A stretch of 28,218 nucleotides of DNA from an uncultured Nitrososphaerota archaeon (GTDB taxonomy: Archaea; Asgardarchaeota; Njordarchaeia; Njordarchaeales; Panguiarchaeaceae). The notes below the pieces were generated by a model that was not told the origin of the DNA, searched no databases, and saw only the letters and a program-made list of their open reading frames with translations. How positions within the stretch are numbered: the first letter of the stretch is position 1; every line of letters starts with the position of its first letter. Shown one piece after another: positions 9,029-16,835 of this stretch. The translations under genes were made by a program, and so were the position numbers. Location of the stretch: positions 1-28,218 of the forward strand of contig CAZWPQ010000005.1 of assembly GCA_964636085.1 (NCBI GenBank). The letters are read 5' to 3'.

Positions 9029-9084
9029 CGATACTCCCCTTAATAGCAAACACCATATAACATGAGCAAAAATTAATAAAAAAA

Positions 9085-10233
9085 TTACATGTCCAAGCTC
9101 AGTATGACATTTTCTACGAAATTCTTTACTAGTACAACGTCATCCAAATAAACAAACTCATTAATACCGTGGATATTAGTACCAACACGAAGGGCGCCAA
9201 ACTGTATTACTGGCATACGATCAATAAACCATATGCCGTCGGTCCCCCCAAGCTCCACACCAGTACGCACTTTATGCCCCAGTATGGATTCAAGAATCAT
9301 CCTGACTTTTTCAACGATCTCCATGTCTTTGGTTACCCATGCAGAAACTAGTGGTTTTGTCTCAACGTTAAGCTCTATATGTTTCTTTTTTGCGAATGTT
9401 TCTATGCTTTGCTTAAGTTCTTTCGCAACAATATAAATGTCTTCTTCTGGTATTGTTCTTCTATCCACAACTATCCTGCACTCTTGTGGAATTATATTCT
9501 CTGCAACGCCTGCTTCTATTTTTGTTACGCTTAGCCTCGCTGGTAGCCTATCATAATGGATAACAGCGGGATATTTAGACCGTATTTTCTTCTCGTAAGT
9601 ATTTGATAGCTTTATTAGATACTCCACAACTTTCATAGCATCATATATGGCATTCTTTCCTTCGAAGGGATACGCAGAATGACATTGCTTCCCATATACG
9701 GTAATATACGCCCTAACAACCCCACTAGCACCTATCGACAAAGCCTCTGGGCCAACATCAAGGATTATTGCCAAATCGCCTTCCAATTTTTTGAAGAAAT
9801 CGGAGCCTTCTCCCGTTTCTTCACCACCTGCAACGATAAGTATGGGGTTTACTTTGGGCTCCTTACCACTGTTTAAAACCTCATTAAATGCGACCAAAGC
9901 AGCTACTATACCGGATTTATCATCAGCCGCGCCCCTGCCATATAGCCTGCCCATTTCCTCAAATGGTTGGAAAGGGTCAAAATCCCATCCTTCCCCTGGT
10001 GGGACGACATCATAGTGTGTTACGAACAGAACTTTTTTCTTTCCTTCTTTTTCTTTGGGGAATCTGATTGTTACATGTGGTATATTTTTCTCGTCCTTCA
10101 TAATCTCGGCCAATAGGCCTAGGTTTTCTGCTTCATCCGCAATTAGCCTTGCCATTCTATCAAAATTTTTTCTGGTTGTCGATGTCGTATCCACGGATAC
10201 AAATTTCTTTAATAGTTCAATAATAATTTCCAT
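9085..10233 (-). CDS. M20 family metallopeptidase/deacylase (ArgE/DapE-like)
   Basis: THYDVVPPG, LYGRGAADDKSG, GEETG, GKQCHSAYP, GGTDG, NIHGINE. Confidence 0.95.
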   Translation of the reverse strand: MEIIIELLKKFVSVDTTSTTRKNFDRMARLIADEAENLGLLAEIMKDEKNIPHVTIRFPKEKEGKKKVLFVTHYDVVPPGEGWDFDPFQPFEEMGRLYGRGAADDKSGIVAALVAFNEVLNSGKEPKVNPILIVAGGEETGEGSDFFKKLEGDLAIILDVGPEALSIGASGVVRAYITVYGKQCHSAYPFEGKNAIYDAMKVVEYLIKLSNTYEKKIRSKYPAVIHYDRLPARLSVTKIEAGVAENIIPQECRIVVDRRTIPEEDIYIVAKELKQSIETFAKKKHIELNVETKPLVSAWVTKDMEIVEKVRMILESILGHKVRTGVELGGTDGIWFIDRMPVIQFGALRVGTNIHGINEFVYLDDVVLVKNFVENVILSLDM

Positions 10234-10294
10234 AACTACTGCACCCTGCTTTTTATACTAAAATTATTGGAAAAAATAATTTTTATTGGTTAAA

Positions 10295-10798
10295 ATGAGG
10301 GATTATAGAGAAGCAATCAAGCATTTTTTGGTTGGAGCTAAAAAGCTTGCTATATTGGCTTTAGGAAATAAACTCAGGGCCGATGATGGTGCCGCAATAC
10401 TGTTGGCTGAAGAGCTCATGAATAAAATAGATGCGGACATATTTATTGCCGAGACGGCACCAGAGAGTTATGCACTTAGGCTAATAGATGGACGATACAC
10501 ACACGTGATTATTATTGACGCCGCAATTAGCGACAAATATCCACCTGGGGCAATATTTATTGTCGACAAAAATAGTCTTAGCGAAACGACAATCACAACA
10601 CATTCAATCCCCATATCCCTAATCATCGAGATATTAGAGAGCAACGGAATTAGCGTGCTCATAGTAGGCATTAGGCCCAAAACAACAATGCTGAGTGGCG
10701 AGATATCTAAGCCTGTAAGAGACGCCATCAATAAACTCAGAGATATATTCATGAAATTATTACGAAAAAATAAAAGATCCAGAGCTACCCAACAATGA
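10295..10798 (+). CDS. hycI: [NiFe]-hydrogenase maturation protease (HycI-like, peptidase A31)
   Basis: LGNKLRADDG, ETAPE, IIIDA, TTHSIP, VGIRP, S-x-PV; ATG 10295 chosen as start. Confidence 0.92.
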   Translation: MRDYREAIKHFLVGAKKLAILALGNKLRADDGAAILLAEELMNKIDADIFIAETAPESYALRLIDGRYTHVIIIDAAISDKYPPGAIFIVDKNSLSETTITTHSIPISLIIEILESNGISVLIVGIRPKTTMLSGEISKPVRDAINKLRDIFMKLLRKNKRSRATQQ

Positions 10799-11090
10799 AT
10801 CATGGGGAGCCCATTCTTCAAATATCGAGCAAATAGTGATGAGGGAGCTCTCTCCAGCGGAAAAATAAGACTGCATACCACAAATAGTAGCATTCCCAAA
10901 CCGATACTATCGAAAAACATATCGTAATTACTCATGGTTGAATGTCAGATAAGACCAATATCATCACGATATCAGTGGTTCTGGGGCTCATCATCCAGAA
11001 ACAAGAAATAAATCTAACATATAAAAAAACGGAAACCACCTCAGCCAATTCCTATGTATAGATTTTTTCTTCCTGCTTACTGATTACCAT
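10790..11090 (-). pseudogene. Possible decayed membrane-protein gene (ABC-2 permease-like remnant)
   Basis: Strong SD GGGGGTGAG before ATG 11090, followed by a stop after 12 codons. A downstream frame gives LLFVVCSLIFPLERAPSSLFARYLKNGLPM. Confidence 0.3.
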
Positions 11091-11212
11091 CAGAATCTCA
11101 CCCCCTGATTCACATACCACTCTATCGTGACTTTATTTCTACTTAATTCCATAATAGTTTTGCTTTCTTATTTTCTTCCCAACCTAGATATCAGACAAAG
11201 AAATAGGAATTG

Positions 11213-11232
11213 AATCCTAAGAAAAAAGGATT
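11213..11232 (-). terminator. Terminator of nuoM-nuoN
   Basis: AATCCT-TTTTTCTT-AGGATT: a T-tract inside a 6-bp stem immediately after the nuoN stop. Confidence 0.5.
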
Positions 11233-12714
11233 TTATATGAGCTCCGTTGCAGCTATTGATGCATATTTCTCTATGATAAATGGATACACGCCTAGGCCTA
11301 TTATTGCTATTGTCAGTATCCACAATATAGCCATGAACAATGCAGGTATTTTTGCTTCTTTTATCTTTTCGCTTGGAGCCTCAAGGAACATTCTCTTTAC
11401 AACGAGGCCATAGTATCCTATGCTTATGGCGGAGTTTATAGCAAGAGCTATTGCTAGCCATAATATATCAGCCTTTAGCGCTGCTATGAAGAGATAGATC
11501 TTCCCAGCAAAACCCACAAATGGTGGTATTCCAACAAGGCTTAGGAGTCCGCACCCCAAGATTATCGCGACACCTGGATATTTACTTGCAAGACCGTTAT
11601 AGTCATCTATTGTATAGAGACCTATATATCTCATTATTACTCCTATCGCAATGAATACCGCCACCTCCATAATCGCAAATGCCAAGGCATAGAATATTGT
11701 TGCCGTAAGAGCAATATCTGCCACACTACTATTGACTACCGCTGCCACTAGGCCAATTACTATATAGCCCACTTGGGAGATACTTGAATAGGCCATCATT
11801 CTGTATACTCGCTCCTGTTTTAATGCAACAATATTGGCATAGGTCATTGTTAAAAACGATAATATTGCCAAGTACACTGATATGTCATACATGGCTATCG
11901 GGGCCAATACCATAAATACTCGAAGTGGCGCCGATAGTCTTATCGCCTTTATAGTACCAGATAAATAGGCCGTTATTGGAGGCATCGATCCTTCATATGT
12001 ATCTGGAGCCCACTGATGGAGCGGAACAAGAGTGATCTTGACACCAAAACCTCCAACAAGCCCGACAATAGCGATGCCCATTACTATGAGGCTAAATTGA
12101 TCCATCACTATTTCATTAAATCTATCTGGCAATAAATAGAGATTTGTTGTCCCCATTATTGCCCCCGTTAAGCCAATACCAAGGGCCAAAATTGCAGAAC
12201 TGGCTGTCCCCATTACATAATATTTAACAGCCCCCTCTGTGCTTCTAGACCAATTATGGGAATAAGCAACCATGGCATATAGGGGAACTGATAATAGTTC
12301 CCAGGCCACAAATATAGATAATAGATCCACGGCGGATGGCAATAATATTAATCCTATTGCTGTTCCAGTTATGAGGGAGTAGAATGCTGGGACTTCTGGT
12401 AGCTCAGTTGAGTAATATTTTACCGCTACTAGTATTGCTATTGTGACAAATATCGCGAATACTGAGAAGAACCTAGCAAAATTATCGAATACATAGAATG
12501 CCGATTTCTTATCTATAGAATCTAGCGGCATTATTATTAGGAGCGACTCTGTGATTATTAGAGCAATAAGAGCAACTATGAATGCTATAGTATTCTTCTT
12601 CTTGGATTCTGTACGCTCTATACCCAGATTAACTAGGGTCGCTATTACTAGTGTGAGTATTGATGTTGTCAGTGCTGGTCGTTGTTTAAAAATGCCAAAA
12701 ATTTCCTCGAACAT
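11233..12714 (-). CDS. nuoN: NuoN-like antiporter subunit (complex I / group 4 hydrogenase-like membrane arm)
   Basis: FVAWELLSVPLY, STEGAVKYYVMG, KITLVPLHQWAPDTYEG, RMMAYSSISQVGY, SLVGIPPFVGFAGK; about 14 TM. Confidence 0.93.
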   Translation of the reverse strand: MFEEIFGIFKQRPALTTSILTLVIATLVNLGIERTESKKKNTIAFIVALIALIITESLLIIMPLDSIDKKSAFYVFDNFARFFSVFAIFVTIAILVAVKYYSTELPEVPAFYSLITGTAIGLILLPSAVDLLSIFVAWELLSVPLYAMVAYSHNWSRSTEGAVKYYVMGTASSAILALGIGLTGAIMGTTNLYLLPDRFNEIVMDQFSLIVMGIAIVGLVGGFGVKITLVPLHQWAPDTYEGSMPPITAYLSGTIKAIRLSAPLRVFMVLAPIAMYDISVYLAILSFLTMTYANIVALKQERVYRMMAYSSISQVGYIVIGLVAAVVNSSVADIALTATIFYALAFAIMEVAVFIAIGVIMRYIGLYTIDDYNGLASKYPGVAIILGCGLLSLVGIPPFVGFAGKIYLFIAALKADILWLAIALAINSAISIGYYGLVVKRMFLEAPSEKIKEAKIPALFMAILWILTIAIIGLGVYPFIIEKYASIAATELI

Positions 12715-12720
12715 CCCGTC

Positions 12721-14268
12721 TCACGCCTGCCCTATGCGTAGATGCATATCAATAGCATGCTCCATGTATCTTGTTATTATGCTTGGATAAACGCCAAAGG
12801 CTATTATCGCAACACATAAAATTGCTAGAGGTATAATCTCGCCTATACTCAAGTCCTTGGCTTTTTCAGCTGCGGGCGTCGGCTCACTCATAATTACCCT
12901 CCTAATCATCCAGAGATATGTACATACTATTATCAGTGGGGCGGCCAACACAATTATGGGCCAATATAGCTTGCCAGCAAGCATAATATTAATCGTACCT
13001 ATGAATACCTGTATTTCTCCAGCAAACACAATCAATGGAGGGAATCCAAACACAGCCAAGCTTCCGAAGAATATCAATGCAGATATTCTTGGCGTGAATC
13101 TGCCCATCCCACCCAACTCACTTATGTGATAAGTACCAGCCTTTAATAGTAGGATACCAGCCATAAGGAACATTAACCCTATCGCTATACCATGCGCGAA
13201 CATCTCGAAAACACTACCCGCCAATGCAAGTCTAGCAGCGTTTTGATCCACATTCGAGATATTGAAGTACCATCCAGCCATCAGAGCGCCCAAGAAGACA
13301 TAGCTCATGTGATTAATGGACGTATATGCTACCATTCTTTTGAAATTATCTTGTCCCAAAGCCACTAGGCCCGAGTATAATGCGCTAACAACAGCTATTA
13401 CAATAAGTACCTTAAACAGGTATATGTATCCGCCCGGCAAGAGCCATACCATTCTTACGAATCCATAACCACCCATCTTCAGCAATAGTCCAGCCAATAG
13501 CACACTGACTGGTGCTGGCGCCTCGACATGGGCATCGGGGAGCCACGTATGGAATGGCACCAAAGGTAGCTTAACCGCGAGACCAAAGAAGATTAAGCCA
13601 AAAGCCATACCCTGTGTTTTATTCGATAGATCAACCACGGCATCCGAGATCCCAATCATGCTAAATGTTCCAGTTAATTTAAAGAGATAGATGAACCCAG
13701 CGAGCATTATTATTGATCCAGCGAACGTAAATATAAAGAACTTTATGGCCGCATGTCTTGCTGCCTCGGGGTGCGGCCCCCATTTTCCTATCAATAAGAA
13801 CATTGATGGTAGTACAAGTTCCCAGAATAGATAGAACATGATTAGGTTAATCGCGACGAATGTACCAACTATTCCCACTTCAAATAAGAGAAACACGACG
13901 AAGTATAGGGGCCTATTGTTTTCTGGGGGTATTTGGTGGAAGGATGTCCATGCAGCGATTAAACATACGAAACCTGTGAGGATTAATAGTACCATACTTA
14001 TACCATCGACCCCAACTTCATAGTATATCCCTGTCTTAGGCAACCATTCATATTTTTCTGTGAATTGAAACCCTTCTGCCCCGAAGTCAAATTTTAGTGC
14101 CATAAGAGTAATTATCGCCATCTCAAGTATTGTTATTAGAAACGCAAAGTATTCGGCCGCCTTGCCGCTCTTTTTCATTATTATCGCCGTTAATATGGCG
14201 CCGAGGGCTGGTGTGATAATTAATATTGATATTATATGTGAGTAAAAAGCGTCAACTATGCCGTTCAT
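12721..14268 (-). CDS. nuoM: NuoM-like antiporter subunit
   Basis: VGVDGIS, FYLFWE, AAIKFFIFT, VKLPLVPFHTWLPDAHVEAP, LAGLLLKMGGYG, KRMVAYTSINHM, AHG. Confidence 0.95.
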   Translation of the reverse strand: MNGIVDAFYSHIISILIITPALGAILTAIIMKKSGKAAEYFAFLITILEMAIITLMALKFDFGAEGFQFTEKYEWLPKTGIYYEVGVDGISMVLLILTGFVCLIAAWTSFHQIPPENNRPLYFVVFLLFEVGIVGTFVAINLIMFYLFWELVLPSMFLLIGKWGPHPEAARHAAIKFFIFTFAGSIIMLAGFIYLFKLTGTFSMIGISDAVVDLSNKTQGMAFGLIFFGLAVKLPLVPFHTWLPDAHVEAPAPVSVLLAGLLLKMGGYGFVRMVWLLPGGYIYLFKVLIVIAVVSALYSGLVALGQDNFKRMVAYTSINHMSYVFLGALMAGWYFNISNVDQNAARLALAGSVFEMFAHGIAIGLMFLMAGILLLKAGTYHISELGGMGRFTPRISALIFFGSLAVFGFPPLIVFAGEIQVFIGTINIMLAGKLYWPIIVLAAPLIIVCTYLWMIRRVIMSEPTPAAEKAKDLSIGEIIPLAILCVAIIAFGVYPSIITRYMEHAIDMHLRIGQA

Positions 14269-14556
14269 TTTTATCTCCGAGCGACCAAAAGTTTTATTAA
14301 AAAAAGGTTTAAATTATCGCGATAAATACACTAGTTGGGTGTATTATCTCTCTGTAGCGTTCCCTTATTTATCAATTTGTACATTGATGAATGCATATAA
14401 CTTTTTTGTGCAGAAAATAGAAAGATATTTTGCCATTTCACAAATTATCCTGTTTTATCCAGTTTTATTTATATATGATGTGTGTTTTATTTTTAAGAAT
14501 CAAAAAAATATTTATATATACGTAAGGCTTGGTGGTAAACGTTGGGCGGGGTATTT
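14269..14556. promoter_or_regulatory. Divergent promoter region nuoM / 7TM gene with several dyads
   Basis: BRE/TATA CAAAAAAATATTTATATATA at 14501-14520 (+). TTTAAA at about 14308-14313 (-). Palindromes at 14314-14325, 14325-14345 and 14371-14388. Tandem TTATCCWGTT at 14445-14468. Confidence 0.55.
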
Positions 14557-15300
14557 GTGGAGTCTATAACCACGGGCCTAATTATTAACGAGGTAACCAC
14601 ATGCATCGTAGCACTTCTGTTTTTCTTAGTTGCGATGATATATAAGTACTTAATGAATATAGCGCCAACAGAGACATCACAGCGGATATATCGCTACTTA
14701 TTTACTGCATGGATCTTCTTTACACTTACGTATGTGTTGCTTTTTATAAGAAACCTGATTATGGATGAGACTCTTAATATATGGATAAATAAGATAGATA
14801 CCGCACTTACTGCTATTGGTGCGCTTTTCCTTTACGTGTTCATGGGGGAGCTTTTTGGGACTTCCAAAGCAAAGAAGATTTTCACAATTCTCGGGATTGG
14901 AGAGGCCATTATTGCTACTGCTGTTTATGTGGGCTGGCCTAGTTTTACAACAGAGACATCTGATTATGGAGTTGAAGTAATTCCCCCACAGGAAGTATTG
15001 ATTATTGTGCTTGCTCTAATTCTCCTCATAATAGTACTGTTCGTTTTCACTGCTATATATCTTGGAATGAGAACAGAAAAACCAGAGCTTAAAAGAAGGA
15101 TAACATTGGTCAGTACTTGTTATAGTATATGGTGGGTATTCCAGTTGATTGAGGCTGGAGGAATACTAGTGACTATGCTTGGGGGTGTCGGTATGATAAT
15201 CACTAGGGCCATTTTGTCTATCCTTGCATTCGTAATAATTTATGTCTGGGCGGGCAGGACAAAGTTTGTTGAAGCATTGAAATCAATAATGCATTTATAG
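14557..15300 (+). CDS. Stand-alone seven-transmembrane receptor-like protein (HisKA_7TM/GPCR-like topology, no output domain)
   Basis: Seven hydrophobic segments; basic TM5-TM6 loop MRTEKPELKRR; acidic TM4-TM5 loop; short amphipathic tail KFVEALKSIM. GTG 14557 lies behind a GGCGGGG SD. Confidence 0.8.
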   Translation: MESITTGLIINEVTTCIVALLFFLVAMIYKYLMNIAPTETSQRIYRYLFTAWIFFTLTYVLLFIRNLIMDETLNIWINKIDTALTAIGALFLYVFMGELFGTSKAKKIFTILGIGEAIIATAVYVGWPSFTTETSDYGVEVIPPQEVLIIVLALILLIIVLFVFTAIYLGMRTEKPELKRRITLVSTCYSIWWVFQLIEAGGILVTMLGGVGMIITRAILSILAFVIIYVWAGRTKFVEALKSIMHL

Positions 15301-15312
15301 GGTCGAGACGCC

Positions 15313-16368
15313 ATGAGTACTAAAAAGCAAGAGATTCCAAATATAATTTTTTTGGTGCTTCATGAAAGCGGTATAATAGTTTATTCTTATCCTAACCTAG
15401 GAAAGGAGCAGTATTTACTTTCGTCGTTAATCAGCGCCACCATGGCGATTGGTGAGCAAATATCCAACAGGGAGGGAGAGATTGCAAGTGTTACAATTGG
15501 TGATAGAACAGTACTAGCTATTAGAGAGAATGATATCATATATGCCCTCATAACTACTAAGCACTATGCACAAATGAATAAACTTCTATTTTTGATGATT
15601 GAGGAGACAAAAAAGAATTTTCCAGCCAAAATCGTAGATGGGATAGTCAGATCAAAGGCCGACACCACCTTGTTAGATACACGCATAGAATCCCTCATAA
15701 CCATGCATTCAAAAGTGCTTGAACTGGAGAAAAGGAAACCAATTGAAACAGCAGAGATCCCATTAACTGATGTCCACAGGATTCTCGGTGAATATAAATT
15801 CGCAAAAATACTGCGTGGCCTCATCGCAGATAAAAACATAATTATCATGGGTTATGACCCTATAAGCATCGCCAAGATCATACACACAATTATTGGTTTA
15901 TTTCCCCGCCCAATTAGCTTCCTTACAATAGAGGAGACCGAACTAAATCGGCTTAACCAAGTCCACCCTCCCGCCGTAATCATCTGTAGGCGTGGGTTAG
16001 AAAAGAAAATAGTGGAAAAAATCGGAGATACTATTATACTAGATTTCGATAAGCCCATCAAGAAACTGAAGGGAGACAAACTATGCGATGTTTTAACACA
16101 GGCACTTAGACTGGAAAGGGAAGAGAGTAAAGTACTAATGGTAAAGAATGAACTCATGTCACTTATATCCATCGTAGATGACCTAAGGAGAATACTGAAA
16201 TCGGCGGGAAAGGAAGAAATCACAATTGATCAACTAAAGACGGAATTATACAAAAAGCACCCAGGCGAAAAAGTTGATTATATACTTAGGGTTCTACAGG
16301 AGGAAAAAAGCCATTTAATAGACTCGGTAAAGACCCCCGAGAAGGTATTGGATGAGATATTTTTCTAG
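15313..16368 (+). CDS. Longin (uDENN) + cDENN-like + helical dDENN-like protein
   Basis: Residues ~10-130 show the longin beta-beta-alpha-beta-beta-beta-alpha-alpha pattern (FLVLHESGIIVYSY, LLSSLISA, IASVTIG, VLAIRE, IYALIT). Residues ~149-247 follow the cDENN pattern (HRILG..FAKILRGLIADKNIIIMG..IHTIIGLFP, PPAVIIC, IILDFD). The C-terminus is helical. Confidence 0.78.
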   Translation: MSTKKQEIPNIIFLVLHESGIIVYSYPNLGKEQYLLSSLISATMAIGEQISNREGEIASVTIGDRTVLAIRENDIIYALITTKHYAQMNKLLFLMIEETKKNFPAKIVDGIVRSKADTTLLDTRIESLITMHSKVLELEKRKPIETAEIPLTDVHRILGEYKFAKILRGLIADKNIIIMGYDPISIAKIIHTIIGLFPRPISFLTIEETELNRLNQVHPPAVIICRRGLEKKIVEKIGDTIILDFDKPIKKLKGDKLCDVLTQALRLEREESKVLMVKNELMSLISIVDDLRRILKSAGKEEITIDQLKTELYKKHPGEKVDYILRVLQEEKSHLIDSVKTPEKVLDEIFF

Positions 16369-16447
16369 ACTCACAATTCTATTCCCTTTATAAATAAAAT
16401 TAGACTCTTCAAATCATATAATGCATAAATCGTGAGAGGCATTCAAA

Positions 16448-16822
16448 ATGGGCGAAAAAAATTTTGTCAAGATCGCCAGACTCAAACCCGCCAGACGAGG
16501 ACTCAATATAAGAGCCCTCGTTCTCGAAAAAGGAGACACAGTCCAAGGAGTCTCTAGAAAGACAGGCACCCAGTATAGATTAGCTGAGATTGTCATCGGC
16601 GATGACACAGGAATAGTCAAGGCAACACTTTGGGGCGACACAATAGAGTTGGTTAGTGCTAACAAAACATACGAGTTTTACAATGTCGATACAACACTCT
16701 TTAGGAATACTTTAAGGGTTAACATTAGTAATAAATCCAAGATCGTTGAGGCGACGGAGCCTATTAATAGGGATCATATAAATATATCTAATGACATGTC
16801 CAGACCTAGAAAAAGAAAATGA
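16448..16822 (+). CDS. Single OB-fold ssDNA-binding protein (crenarchaeal SSB/RPA-like)
   Basis: KIARLKP, LNIRALVLEKG, IVIGDDTGIVKATLWGD, FRNTLRVNI; TATA TTTATAAA near 16387. Confidence 0.9.
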   Translation: MGEKNFVKIARLKPARRGLNIRALVLEKGDTVQGVSRKTGTQYRLAEIVIGDDTGIVKATLWGDTIELVSANKTYEFYNVDTTLFRNTLRVNISNKSKIVEATEPINRDHINISNDMSRPRKRK

Positions 16823-16835
16823 ATCAACTGTTCAA

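Noticed and set aside
10468-10935. 155-aa minus-strand ORF as an intact gene
   Set aside because: Two thirds is antisense to hycI; only the first part is kept as a possible pseudogene fragment
11938-11940. Arg (AGA) in NuoN KAIRLS where Gly is usual
   Set aside because: Single-base difference from GGA; cannot distinguish a variant from an error; other motifs intact
14258-14569. 103-aa plus-strand ORF across the divergent promoter
   Set aside because: AT-rich F/Y/I-biased, overlaps both neighbours and promoter elements
14557-15300. 7TM protein as a rhodopsin, heliorhodopsin or schizorhodopsin
   Set aside because: No Lys in TM7 (no DxxxK/SxxxK) and no RYxDW-type TM3 motif
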